64,000 nt of DNA from an uncultured virus (IMG/VR IMGVR_UViG_3300027779_000014) (taxonomy: Duplodnaviria; Heunggongvirae; Uroviricota; Caudoviricetes). The number at the start of each line of letters is the position of its first letter. Position 1 is the stretch's first letter. Location: the IMG/VR virus record IMGVR_UViG_3300027779_000014. One strand, 5' to 3'. The notes under the pieces are model-generated. The model saw nothing but the letters and a program-made list of their open reading frames with translations, was not told the origin of the DNA and did no database searches. Of the stretch, positions 37,622-47,731 are shown piece by piece. The position numbers were made by a program, and so were the translations under genes.

Positions 37622-40600
37622 AATCTTGTTATCCCTCCACTGGCTATCGCTGCGGCGATCTTTGCGTGTTCGGCTGCTAGTGCAGCTTGAGCCTCAGGAG
37701 TTGCTGCTTCTGCTGCTTGAGCGTTCACGGCTGCTGCTATTGCTGCTTCCCTAGTTGCAATTTCATTGTTTGAGAGTCCGTTACGCCATGTAATATATCC
37801 GTCACCATCTGTATTCATTGCTGATACTGCTTCTAAAGCATTTGCCTGCTCTTGGGCATTTGCTTGGGCATTAGCTTGCGCTTGTGCTGCTCGTTGGACA
37901 GATTCCGCATTTGCTTGCGCTTGTGCTGCTGCGGCATTTGCTTGCGCTTGTGCATTTGCTTGTGCTAATCGGTTGAGGGCATTTTGCACAGCAGCAGGTA
38001 GTGAAGATGAGTTGTCGCTAGTCTGTTGTTGTATTATATGCTCCCAGTATGCCGCGTTGTTCTGCGCTTGTGCTGCCGAATTTAGGGCTGCTTGGTGTTG
38101 ATTGTAAAGAGGGTCTAGCATATTACTTATATCTGTTGAACTCCACGAGTGTTCAGTTTCTAAACGGTATGCAGCATTACTGTAAGTTAGGTTTCCTGCA
38201 CCATACGAATTGACTATTGATTGAGAGTTTAGGTAGTCTTGAGTCACGGTAGATACCGCAGGTGTTACTGCCGTGTTTTGAACTATGACACTTGGAAGTC
38301 CGTCACCTATATTGTTCTGATTTGGAGTTTGTGCTATTATATTGTTCTGATTTGGAGTTTGTGCTATTACAGGAACGGGTAGGGCGTTGCTAACTTCAAT
38401 TGTCTCAATAGTTCCGTTGTTTGCATTGTTTTGAGTTGTTTCGTTTACTGTTGGCTCTACACCATATTCCGATTCGATACTGAATGTGTAATTTTTTCCA
38501 TCTCCAGGTGTACCCATTGTTACTGACTCTGTAGGATAAGCTACTATTGAGCCTGGAATGTCAGGGTAAAATACTAACATATCATCTCCTTGTTCCATAG
38601 AGGTTGCTCTAGGGAAGGTTATATTTGCTATTGAATAGTTATTTTCTCCATGCTGGTCTGTAGGAGTGTTTGGATTATACTGATCACTAAATGTAACTGT
38701 AGGACTTTGGTTTTTACTTACTGCCAATCTTGTGACTTTCCATTTAGTCCCAGCAGCCGTAGCATCTATTCCAATAACTACCGAACCCGTTGAGGCTTGA
38801 GTCATTTCAATGGTTTGCCCGAATTCTAATGAGGGTTCTGCTTCTGTTTCTTCTTCCACATCTTCGAGATTTGGTGATAGAACAATTTCCCCAGGTAATG
38901 ATGACAGTATAATTTCAAACGCATCAAATATCCTTTCGCTGGTTGAAGTCCCTGAACTATTGGGCCAGCCAGATTCTATTCCAGTAAGTGATGAGATGGC
39001 ATATACAGTTTCATTCGGCGCTTTTCCTTCAGGTAATCTAGGAATAGATGAGTTTAATTTGAAATCTCCTACTGTCATGTAACTTTTAGTCAGAATTGCG
39101 CCTATTACGCTTATTGGGGTAGTGTCATTCTGAGTTGTGTTTCTGTAAAATACTCCTGCAGGTACTTCGATTACTCCGATTTGGTTTTCAGTTATTTCTC
39201 CTGTATCATTTTGCGATACAATGAATGCTGAATATTCCCCTACTGGCAATGTAATTGATACTACTCCCGATAGATCAGTTGTAGATGAAAATGTATTCCT
39301 TGAGGTTAGCCAAGTATTTTCATTTGATGGTCGTAATTCGACTTTTACACCCCTAACAGGGAGTTTAGATTCCAAGTTTATGTCATCTCTTGCTAGTTCC
39401 CCTTGAGGTGACTGATATTCGCTTTGGTCAATTATACCGTCTGCATTGAGATCTGCATTTTCCCAGAGTTGCGATTGTGTTAATCTAGAAATTTTCATCA
39501 TTACCTTTACTTTCTGATGGTCAGGTAATTTATTTACATTAGTTATTGTTGACCATTTGCTGATTAATTTTCCATCTTCTCCTTCTACTAAGTGAGTAGG
39601 TAGTGGTTCCCTATATACAGGAACTCTTATTTCTTTGTAGCTGCCTTTTCCACGAAATGTAAACGCTTGTGAGGTTATCATTGCACCAGGTTTTGTTGCC
39701 ACGATTGAACCCTCTCTGTCATCTGCAGAAGATGGTACTCCCGCATATACTTTCAATCGGCTATTTGCCCAAGGTGAGTTTCTATCATACTCAGGTATGA
39801 TTACTTGAACTTTGAAAGAACCTCTGTGCGGGACTTCGTCATTTATTTTGTATCTGTATAGATAGTGCCTTCCTCCTTCACTTTCATTTGAACTCTGAAA
39901 TAGTGTTGATCCGGATGCGAAGAGACCAGGGTTTTTCCCCCCATTGGTTTTAATCCACGAATCTCTGAAATTTATAGCCCCCCTTACTGAAACTGTGTAT
40001 GGAATATCAATTACTTCATCCCCTTGTTGATCTATGAATTTGACCGAGATGCTTGCGTAAGTGGAATCTGGTAATAGCGGTGATTGTTCGTTTGATGAGA
40101 AATTATTTAGAGATCCTTCGTATTCAGATTTCTGGAATTCAATTCTTAATATTCTGTTTGCCTTTATTATTTGAGACATCACAGATGGTTCGAAATACTC
40201 TACCAATATACTTTCTCTTATATCTTTTAATGCGTTTATTCTTAGTTCTTTTGTATATGATTCATAGCGTATCGCTGCGTGTTTGAGATGAGATTCATCA
40301 TTCCAGGTAAAACCAGGAGGGTATCTTAAATCTAGTGTTGCTTTTTGGGCACCGAATTGATTTATTCCTGTTCTTTGGAATTCTTTTATCAATTTCTTAT
40401 TTAATTTACTTAAGGACACTAATTTTTCATCTAAGTCATCATACGAGGTTGCTAGTGAAGGTATTAATCCCTCATTAGTTGATGATCCCACTCCTGCTGC
40501 GACCATTATTGTGAATTGAGCGTAGGCATTTGCAGCATTTCTTTCTACTGATGTATTCCCATCGCTGGCCTTGTGTGTTGATGTAGGGAATAACGCCATT

Positions 40601-40776
40601 TCTGATGCGCTCGTATATTGTTTGACGATTTTGAAGCATAAACTCCCATCAGCAGGGTGCGGTGATGATAACATAGTTATCCCTGATGTTTCCTTGACAA
40701 AGTTCCAATCATATGTTTGGTTTGGCGAACCGAGGTCCATCTTACCTAGATTAAGGGATCTAAAGTCAACTTCCAT
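37618..40776 (-). CDS. Large putative surface/spike protein with beta-sandwich and Ca-binding-like loops
   Basis: DLNADGIIDQSE and NTDGDGYITW (DxDxDG-type loops), prealbumin-like VRGVKVEL..TTDLSGVVSITLPVGEY, Ala/Gln-rich tail. Confidence 0.7.
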   Translation of the reverse strand: MEVDFRSLNLGKMDLGSPNQTYDWNFVKETSGITMLSSPHPADGSLCFKIVKQYTSASEMALFPTSTHKASDGNTSVERNAANAYAQFTIMVAAGVGSSTNEGLIPSLATSYDDLDEKLVSLSKLNKKLIKEFQRTGINQFGAQKATLDLRYPPGFTWNDESHLKHAAIRYESYTKELRINALKDIRESILVEYFEPSVMSQIIKANRILRIEFQKSEYEGSLNNFSSNEQSPLLPDSTYASISVKFIDQQGDEVIDIPYTVSVRGAINFRDSWIKTNGGKNPGLFASGSTLFQSSNESEGGRHYLYRYKINDEVPHRGSFKVQVIIPEYDRNSPWANSRLKVYAGVPSSADDREGSIVATKPGAMITSQAFTFRGKGSYKEIRVPVYREPLPTHLVEGEDGKLISKWSTITNVNKLPDHQKVKVMMKISRLTQSQLWENADLNADGIIDQSEYQSPQGELARDDINLESKLPVRGVKVELRPSNENTWLTSRNTFSSTTDLSGVVSITLPVGEYSAFIVSQNDTGEITENQIGVIEVPAGVFYRNTTQNDTTPISVIGAILTKSYMTVGDFKLNSSIPRLPEGKAPNETVYAISSLTGIESGWPNSSGTSTSERIFDAFEIILSSLPGEIVLSPNLEDVEEETEAEPSLEFGQTIEMTQASTGSVVIGIDATAAGTKWKVTRLAVSKNQSPTVTFSDQYNPNTPTDQHGENNYSIANITFPRATSMEQGDDMLVFYPDIPGSIVAYPTESVTMGTPGDGKNYTFSIESEYGVEPTVNETTQNNANNGTIETIEVSNALPVPVIAQTPNQNNIIAQTPNQNNIGDGLPSVIVQNTAVTPAVSTVTQDYLNSQSIVNSYGAGNLTYSNAAYRLETEHSWSSTDISNMLDPLYNQHQAALNSAAQAQNNAAYWEHIIQQQTSDNSSSLPAAVQNALNRLAQANAQAQANAAAAQAQANAESVQRAAQAQANAQANAQEQANALEAVSAMNTDGDGYITWRNGLSNNEIATREAAIAAAVNAQAAEAATPEAQAALAAEHAKIAAAIASGGITRL

Positions 40777-40779
40777 CTA

Positions 40780-43080
40780 TCAATCCCACCTGTGATGAAA
40801 CCTCGGGTCTTGGAAGCGATAAGCCCCACTTGTCCTAGTGGAAGTGGTTGTCGAAGTTGATGCTCCGAGACTCATTAAGATCCCATCCTCCTCATCTTCC
40901 CTGTATTTCAGTCTTGGATCATTTTTCTTGTCATCTGGTTTGGCATATTCAGTGTTTTCATATCCTTTGCGAATCAATATCCTTGGATCTTTTTTCTTGT
41001 CATCTGGTTTGGCATATTCAGTGTTTTCATATCCTTTGGGAATCATATTCTTTGTTTGGAGATGCTTCCTAGTATTATTGACATTTTTTTGTGAAGGTAG
41101 TTTTGCTAGTGCGTTGGCTACTTTTTGTTGCGGAGTTCTTCTATTTAATGAATAAGGACTTTGGTTTATGAATATACTATCTTGATTCGTCTCCTTATTG
41201 AATAATAACTCTTCTTCTTTCTGCCTCTTTTTGTTCTCAAGATTCTTGAGATTAGCGGCTGCTTGAGCGTTTAGGTAGGCTTGGATCTGTTCCTTTTTTT
41301 GACGCTGTAGTTCGAGATTGTTTGCTTCTTTCTGCCTCTTGTTGTTTTCAAGTTTCTTGAGATTAGCGGCTTCCTTCAATCTTTTCCCTTCTTTTGCTTT
41401 CAAGAGATTGTTTGCTTCTTTTTGTGCGAGCTTCAATGCTAGTTTGTTCTTGTTGTTCTCAATCTGCTGGCGTTTAGCGGCTTCTCTGACTCTTTCTGCC
41501 TCTTCTGCTTTCAAGATGTTTTCAATCCTTTTTAGGTTAGCAATTTCTTTTAATGCCAGCTTCTTCTTGTTGTTCTCAATCTGCTGGCGTTTAGCGGCTT
41601 CTGCTGCTTCCTTCTTCTTCTCCTCAGAGATCCTCTTAGCTTCTGCTGCTTCTTGTTCGAGTTTTGCTTTTAACCCCACTTCTTTGACTCTTTTCGCTTC
41701 GTTTGACTTTTTCTTTGCTAGATTGTTAGCTTCTCTTTGAGCCTTTATCGCTGCATCTTTTCGAGCCTTTTCTTCTGCCTCTTTCCTGGTGGCCTCTTGA
41801 GCATTTAGGAGGGCTTGTTGCGCTGCTTGTGCTATCTTACTCGCTTCGTTGTTCTCTTGAGCCTTTTTTGCGGCTTCTTTTTGCTTTAGTAGGATCATCT
41901 GTTCGTATTCGTAGTTTGAATTTTGATTGAGGGATGGAATGTTTTGAACTAATTCTAATGTAGTTGGGATTTGGGTTATATTTTTGCTAGGCTTTTGGTT
42001 GTCATAGTTGGGCATACCGTCGCCGTAATTTACATTGTTATTACCTGGTTCTGTACTTATCAAGATTTGATTAGCCGAATTCCCTTTTATTATATTTTGT
42101 TCGTTTGCTCTCTGATTTAGAGTGTTATTCGCTTGGTTTACGAATGATGCTGCCCATTCCAATTCATCCTCGAAGGCCAGGGGATCTGCTAGTGTATCTA
42201 ATGCTGCATTTCTTACTTCCACTATTTCGTTTATTCCCATTTTATCCGTATTTAGATTTGCGGAATTAGGACTTACGGTTGGATTTGTAATAAAATTTGC
42301 GTTTTGCGTGACTACTGCCCTAGTAATTTCTCGAAGGTCTGCTGAAACTATGTTTTGCGCTGCTATTAATGAGATTTCACCATTTATTACAGATTTAACA
42401 ATCTCGGCTGCTCTATTTCTATTGTAACCTTGTTTTGTTAATTCTGCTCCGGCGTTTCTAGCGTTGGAGATGATGTAATTTTCGGCGGATTGTACTGGCA
42501 TCCCATTTGCTATTGCTGCTTCTACTCTGTTATGCACTGTATCTGACAGATTTCTTAGAGAATTGATTACCGAGGGAGTATTCGAAATATCTCTCCAAAC
42601 CCCTGCAAAATTCGGAGGGCTGCTGCTACCTAGAAGTTGAGATTGTTGCATTTCATTTACGCTGTTAAGAGCCGCTTGGAAATCAAGTGGTTTGGAATTT
42701 TGTTGTAACGAATCCATTATTGATTCTGAATCTACATCACTATATGCGTTTTGGAGTTGCGCCTGGCGTATTTTACTTTGTGATACTTTCCTTGTTTGTC
42801 CATCAAGTTCTTGATTTGCTTCTAATGAGGCTTGATACCCTGTTGGCCGAGCACTTAGGTTTAATTCATCCCTGCCATAGAATTCTTGTGCGTTTAATGC
42901 TAAAGGAGTGTTTGCTGAAATTACTCTTTCTAGGTTTTGTACTAATCTTTCCCTGCGAGAGAGATACATGGCCTTTGTCATCCTGTTATTTTTGTATGCT
43001 TGATCTAATTTGGAAAGTGCCCTTTCTGTTTGTGCATATTCCGCTTTTGTTATTTCTGTATAGGCTCTATCATTGAACAT
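40780..43080 (-). CDS. Long coiled-coil protein with internal duplications
   Basis: K/E/A/Q/N-rich ~250-aa tract; KGYENTEYAKPDDKKxDPR x2 and EAAKRQQIENNKxKLALK x2. Confidence 0.8.
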   Translation of the reverse strand: MFNDRAYTEITKAEYAQTERALSKLDQAYKNNRMTKAMYLSRRERLVQNLERVISANTPLALNAQEFYGRDELNLSARPTGYQASLEANQELDGQTRKVSQSKIRQAQLQNAYSDVDSESIMDSLQQNSKPLDFQAALNSVNEMQQSQLLGSSSPPNFAGVWRDISNTPSVINSLRNLSDTVHNRVEAAIANGMPVQSAENYIISNARNAGAELTKQGYNRNRAAEIVKSVINGEISLIAAQNIVSADLREITRAVVTQNANFITNPTVSPNSANLNTDKMGINEIVEVRNAALDTLADPLAFEDELEWAASFVNQANNTLNQRANEQNIIKGNSANQILISTEPGNNNVNYGDGMPNYDNQKPSKNITQIPTTLELVQNIPSLNQNSNYEYEQMILLKQKEAAKKAQENNEASKIAQAAQQALLNAQEATRKEAEEKARKDAAIKAQREANNLAKKKSNEAKRVKEVGLKAKLEQEAAEAKRISEEKKKEAAEAAKRQQIENNKKKLALKEIANLKRIENILKAEEAERVREAAKRQQIENNKNKLALKLAQKEANNLLKAKEGKRLKEAANLKKLENNKRQKEANNLELQRQKKEQIQAYLNAQAAANLKNLENKKRQKEEELLFNKETNQDSIFINQSPYSLNRRTPQQKVANALAKLPSQKNVNNTRKHLQTKNMIPKGYENTEYAKPDDKKKDPRILIRKGYENTEYAKPDDKKNDPRLKYREDEEDGILMSLGASTSTTTSTRTSGAYRFQDPRFHHRWD

Positions 43081-43208
43081 TATTTCATCTCCTTGAAAAA
43101 TGGTCCTCTAAATTCAGTAGGAAGGCCGTGACCGAATACACCCATGTAAACAAAGGCACCTATTCCAATAATTATTGCGTGTTTAGCCATGTCTTGTGTG
43201 CTTTCCAT
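43080..43208 (-). CDS. 42-aa membrane peptide (not in the ORF track)
   Basis: MESTQDMAKHAIIIGIGAFVYMGVFGHGLPTEFRGPFFKEMK; TGATG and TAATG overlaps fill the gap exactly. Confidence 0.75.
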   Translation of the reverse strand: MESTQDMAKHAIIIGIGAFVYMGVFGHGLPTEFRGPFFKEMK

Positions 43209-44794
43209 CAATTCCCCTCCATTAGTGTATTAGTCAAGTGCTCAAGCAATGATGCTACCTCTGAAAGAGGTTTTGCTTTGGTATATTTGAATCCGAACGC
43301 TTCGAATGACGCTTCTGGTGCATTAGCAGTATTGTTCTTGCTTCCGAATTCTAATATTTCATCTATCATATTGCGGTATGCGTCTTTTCTTGAAGCATAG
43401 ATCATGTCCCTCAAGGCCATCACTCTGGAAGTACCTGGTAGGTAGTTCAAAGCCGTACCTAATCTTGCTATTTGTTCTAAGACATCAACTTCATCACTAT
43501 CTAAGAAATCAGAGATCATATCAATGGCAGATAGGAAATTCTCCATCTCCACTATCTTTTCTGCATTTATCGCCTTCTGCATGTAAAGAGAACTTCCTTG
43601 TGAACTCATTGCTGATTGTTGGGCTAATCTGAGGTTATTGAATAAATATGATTCTGCGTCAAGATAAGTTTCAGATAAATGATTTACCCATAGTCGAATT
43701 AATTCTGATTCATTTTCAGTTACTACTGTTTGTTGGGAGTTTTTCATCGAGTCAAGTTTTGATGCTAAATATTCTATTTGATTGGATAGTGCGGCTCCGC
43801 TTGTCCTTACATCAGTCATTTCTGCTTCTGATGCCTGGAAATTCTTTTCTAACTTCAAGTAAGTATCCTGTTTGTTACTGAGTTCTTTTAATGTGGATTT
43901 TTTAGCGGAATAGAGTTGATTCAGGGCATTTTTCATAGTATCTGTATTCAAGTCTTGAGTAGTTAGTCTCATCAACTGTTGGCCTAATTGTGATACTGCA
44001 TTTGCTACTTGTGCATTTTTCTTGCCAAGATGAGTGAGCCGGTTTGATGCGTTGTTGACCACGCTACCATTTCCAGATTTTAATTTTGCTTGCCATGTTT
44101 CTATTTCTTGGATTATTTTTCTTTGGTTCGCTTCTGCATTTTTCAATTCACTACTTACTTGAGTGATTTGCCTATTGGTTTCCTTTACCATTTTTAGGCC
44201 TTGCTCCACATACTCTACTTCGGATTGTAACCTTTGGTATTGTGATGCAGTAGCTTGATAGTCTTGCCTAACCTTTTCTAGTTCTTGTAAGGGGAAATAA
44301 CTTTCCTCTAACTCGGACATTCTCATTACTAATTGCCTCATTTGTTCTAATTTTTGAAGATATTCTGTTTCGATAGTGCTAACTTCTTCACCTACTTTTC
44401 CAGATAATGATGATCTTTGTAATAATGAATTAACAATTGGTTCTAAGCACACTGCTGCGATTTCTATTCTACCGCCGTCTGAAGAATTTTGTATGTATTC
44501 AAGGGCTTTACCACCTTCTCCACTAGCAGAGATATATTGGTTCATGGACAATAGTTCACCCACTTTCCAAAGTTTTTCTCCAATTATTACACTGAATGGG
44601 CCATTTGCAAGACCTTCGATTCCATTTAGTGTTGAAGATATGTCGAATTTACTGAAACCAGTCCTTTGTTCAAGGGCACTAGGCACTTGGTTGTATATTT
44701 GAGCCCAGAATCCTGAGTACGGAAATCTGCCTAATGGCGGAACTTGGTCAGGGACATCTATTGTTAAGCCTGAAATCGGATCTTGTTTCTTCAT
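43208..44794 (-). CDS. Coiled-coil protein (528 aa)
   Basis: Heptad-rich central ~220 aa. Confidence 0.8.
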   Translation of the reverse strand: MKKQDPISGLTIDVPDQVPPLGRFPYSGFWAQIYNQVPSALEQRTGFSKFDISSTLNGIEGLANGPFSVIIGEKLWKVGELLSMNQYISASGEGGKALEYIQNSSDGGRIEIAAVCLEPIVNSLLQRSSLSGKVGEEVSTIETEYLQKLEQMRQLVMRMSELEESYFPLQELEKVRQDYQATASQYQRLQSEVEYVEQGLKMVKETNRQITQVSSELKNAEANQRKIIQEIETWQAKLKSGNGSVVNNASNRLTHLGKKNAQVANAVSQLGQQLMRLTTQDLNTDTMKNALNQLYSAKKSTLKELSNKQDTYLKLEKNFQASEAEMTDVRTSGAALSNQIEYLASKLDSMKNSQQTVVTENESELIRLWVNHLSETYLDAESYLFNNLRLAQQSAMSSQGSSLYMQKAINAEKIVEMENFLSAIDMISDFLDSDEVDVLEQIARLGTALNYLPGTSRVMALRDMIYASRKDAYRNMIDEILEFGSKNNTANAPEASFEAFGFKYTKAKPLSEVASLLEHLTNTLMEGN

Positions 44795-45078
44795 TTTTTG
44801 TACCCCCTCGTAGATTCTTTGATTAGCACAAACAACAAGATGTATCCAATCGCAGTACGGGTCTTGTTTGAACCTAGCATGAATGGTCGTGGGATCACGC
44901 TTCTTATCACGGCTTTTGAGATAGATAGATTGTTTTCTTCTTGTAGTATTCCCATATTAGATCCGAAAAGATAATCCTGTGAGGGAGTAGATGCTATTTT
45001 ACCTGGCATTACCCCAGGTCTTGTTGCGAAATTGTTTGGTGTTATCTCACCTGTATTTGTGTTACCGTATATTGCCAT
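44791..45078 (-). CDS. Small protein with C-terminal TM anchor
   Basis: AIGYILLFVLI followed by a basic tail. Confidence 0.65.
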   Translation of the reverse strand: MAIYGNTNTGEITPNNFATRPGVMPGKIASTPSQDYLFGSNMGILQEENNLSISKAVIRSVIPRPFMLGSNKTRTAIGYILLFVLIKESTRGYKK

Positions 45079-45204
45079 TTATTTTTCCTCCTTTACCCAT
45101 GTTTTTACTCTGGCTGCTGCTACTCCAGATATTATTGCTAGAAGAGCCCATGCTAACATCGGATTTGATGCGCTTGATTTCATCATCCCTAGCATTGAGT
45201 TCAT
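45079..45204 (-). CDS. 41-aa membrane peptide (not in the ORF track)
   Basis: MNSMLGMMKSSASNPMLAWALLAIISGVAAARVKTWVKEEK; fills the gap exactly with an ATGA overlap. Confidence 0.7.
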   Translation of the reverse strand: MNSMLGMMKSSASNPMLAWALLAIISGVAAARVKTWVKEEK

Positions 45205-45560
45205 TCGTCATCATCCTCATTCAAAAATCTCATTGTGAAGTATGCTACTGATGCTAAGGCTACAAAACCGCCTGCATAGGCGATGCCACCCGCTAATGGT
45301 CTCTTAGATGTCTTCGGTTTTGCGAGAGATCCTAGAGTTGCTGCTGGAGTATTTGGCGGATAAGAAGTTGGTGCCTTGAAAGTAAATTCTGGTGGAGCTG
45401 GTCGAGGCATTACTTCTGGCGCTTCAAACCCTATACCTGAGAAACTTTGACCAGTATTAGTATGTTGGGCTGGTTTCCTATCCACCATCATACCAGATAA
45501 TTCGAATGGCATTTTTACTTCATCCGGTGTGCCTTTTAGTTCGTAGTGTTTTCTCATCAT
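45201..45560 (-). CDS. Pro-rich protein with C-terminal TM anchor
   Basis: GIAYAGGFVALASVAYF. Confidence 0.65.
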   Translation of the reverse strand: MMRKHYELKGTPDEVKMPFELSGMMVDRKPAQHTNTGQSFSGIGFEAPEVMPRPAPPEFTFKAPTSYPPNTPAATLGSLAKPKTSKRPLAGGIAYAGGFVALASVAYFTMRFLNEDDDE

Positions 45561-46316
45561 TTATCTGAACTCCTTTGGGATTAATCTTTGTTCTTTTGGC
45601 AATAGGTCATATGATTCGACCAGGAGAGGTATGTATGACGAGATTCTGACTGATTTACCTAATTCAAATGGATGGATTAGTTCTATTGGAAACCATTCTG
45701 CTCCAAATAGAGGGTTAGCACTGAATGTTTTTGTCGCTAACATCACATGAGAATATGCGCCTTTAGGTCCGCCTGCATCTACTATCATCAACATTGTAGG
45801 ATAACCTGCCGCGTTTAATGCACAGGCGCAGGCTGCTGCTATGTCATCACAATCTGCGCCAGATTCTCCTGCTTGAATATCTCTGATTACTTTTGGTGGT
45901 GATTGGAAGAGTTCTACAGAGTATGGGTCTTTCTGGTAACGGTATGATCCTTGGTCGCCATACATTAACGGAGATCCTACCTTATCATCAGGAGTATTGA
46001 TATTGTGGCTTCCTTGAAAATAAGTGACTATTTTCTGTATTTCGCCTAATTCATCGTGATTTCTTAGACCATACCCTATTATTTTCCCATTGAATAGCCT
46101 TCTTGTGAATTGAATCACTTCTGGATCTGAAACATATTTTGATGCCATCTCTTGGAGGACTCTGATTGTTGTTTCGAAGGCTCTGTGATCACCGTTGAAT
46201 GTATATCTAGCTTGTTGCCTAACACCACTACCTGATACTGACACTTCGTAACCCCTATCCGAACCCCACCTAGCATTAGCAAGTGGGTTTGAGAATGCGG
46301 CGTTCTCTCCTACCAT
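45561..46316 (-). CDS. Transglutaminase-like cysteine protease (candidate maturation protease)
   Basis: YRYQKDP..ELFQSP, GADCDDIAA, YSHVML, WFPIE (Cys-His-acid triad). Start moved to ATG 46316 because the track's N-terminus is the class-C promoter. Confidence 0.75.
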   Translation of the reverse strand: MVGENAAFSNPLANARWGSDRGYEVSVSGSGVRQQARYTFNGDHRAFETTIRVLQEMASKYVSDPEVIQFTRRLFNGKIIGYGLRNHDELGEIQKIVTYFQGSHNINTPDDKVGSPLMYGDQGSYRYQKDPYSVELFQSPPKVIRDIQAGESGADCDDIAAACACALNAAGYPTMLMIVDAGGPKGAYSHVMLATKTFSANPLFGAEWFPIELIHPFELGKSVRISSYIPLLVESYDLLPKEQRLIPKEFR

Positions 46317-46369
46317 GGTTGTCCCATAGGGGTTATGGGAATAAACTCGACCCGTTACGCCGTTACGGT
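46317..46369 (-). promoter_or_regulatory. Class-C promoter, second copy
   Basis: Same 29-mer, TAACCCC and ACAACCATGG, with spacing identical to 35112-35164. Confidence 0.8.
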
Positions 46370-47731
46370 TCACCTTCCGTTTTCTTCATTGTTGTCGAAA
46401 TCGGTTAGTACCATTTGCCCTTCTTCATGAACTACTCTTTGCCCTCTTAATCTTGCTTCAAACCTCTCTATGACCCGATTTGCTCGTAATTGTTGGGCTG
46501 CGAAGAACTCTTCTAGGTGCTGATTAAATCTTTCTTCGAAGGTATTGTGCATCCTCTCCACTAAATTAGTCATTTCTGATTCAATATTGCTTGCTATTCT
46601 TTCTGTGGCAGAAACTCCTTGTTCCTCTATAGTTTCAATTGATTCGTTTGCTACCTTGGCTGTGGATTCGGCCATTTCGGTCAATTTGGTGTGAATTGTG
46701 TCCATCACCATAACTGGATTTGCTTGCATTGCCGCTTGTTCAGGTGTTTTGGCATCTAGGTGTACGAAACCTGAACTTAACAGATCGTGTGAACCATCTG
46801 CAGTGATTGAGCCATCGGCATTCATTGGCATCATCCTTGTTTCGCCCGATTTTCTTCTTTCCTTGACTTGGCGTGCCAATTCAGGATTGAATATTAGCGT
46901 GCCTGCTTCATATTGTTGCGAGTTTCTTTGATTAGGGAGCCCTAGAGACCACCCGTATGTCTTTGAAAGTTCGGACATCACATGATATAGTGAGTCGGCT
47001 ATACTTTTGTTTATCTCTGCGCTATCCATAGCTTCTTCGGGAGTCACTATATGACGATTAGGTAGCGTTATTCTAACTGGATGAGGTAAGCACCAACTCC
47101 CATAAACTGCATCTCCCTCTTCATTATGGCTCATTCTCCTTCTAAAACGGATTCTCCAAGGCCCTATTGCCGATTCGATGTCCGGTGCAGCAAAATGAAT
47201 CCATCCTCTGATCTCTTTTCCATGAGGAATTACTCCTTCACGCTTCCATTGCTCAATCTCCCTATCCCATGGCATTCCGCCTCTTGGTCCGTCGGTATTG
47301 ACTGGTAAATTCCAGTCAAGTCTGTGTATATCGATGCGTGGTTCTACACCTCCTGGTAGCGGGCTCCAAACTGGAGTGTCACGATGTACCCCCATTTGGG
47401 ACTGCAACTTGTAGATGATTTTCTCCATTTCTTTAGATCGTGGGCCTGGCTTGTATGCTTTGAACCTCAAACTGACTGAACCTTCTCTTACTTGTTCCAT
47501 TTCCTTTTGATGCTCTATGAATGAGTCTGACTGAATGATGTACTGCTCTTTACACAGTCTCCTGACCCATCTACTGATTGTTGCCTTGTCTTTGCCTAAA
47601 ATCTCCGCTATTCTGTTAGCGATGTGCCTTTCGTTGATTAGAAGATGGTATATCGCCGCCTTCTTTTGTAAAGTGGTTTCCGAAAACCACTTAGTTGCAT
47701 CTATGGTTGCAGTGTTTTCAATCATGTGCAA
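46370..47731 (-). CDS. Winged-HTH protein with uncharacterised core and coiled-coil tail
   Basis: IANRIAEILGKDKATISRWVRRLCKEQYI is an HTH; AGGAGG SD upstream. Confidence 0.7.
   Translation of the reverse strand: MHMIENTATIDATKWFSETTLQKKAAIYHLLINERHIANRIAEILGKDKATISRWVRRLCKEQYIIQSDSFIEHQKEMEQVREGSVSLRFKAYKPGPRSKEMEKIIYKLQSQMGVHRDTPVWSPLPGGVEPRIDIHRLDWNLPVNTDGPRGGMPWDREIEQWKREGVIPHGKEIRGWIHFAAPDIESAIGPWRIRFRRRMSHNEEGDAVYGSWCLPHPVRITLPNRHIVTPEEAMDSAEINKSIADSLYHVMSELSKTYGWSLGLPNQRNSQQYEAGTLIFNPELARQVKERRKSGETRMMPMNADGSITADGSHDLLSSGFVHLDAKTPEQAAMQANPVMVMDTIHTKLTEMAESTAKVANESIETIEEQGVSATERIASNIESEMTNLVERMHNTFEERFNQHLEEFFAAQQLRANRVIERFEARLRGQRVVHEEGQMVLTDFDNNEENGR

Noticed and set aside
15178..47308. 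Numerous short + strand ORFs overlapping the long minus-strand genes
   Set aside because: Fully antisense to long coherent ORFs, with shadow-type composition.
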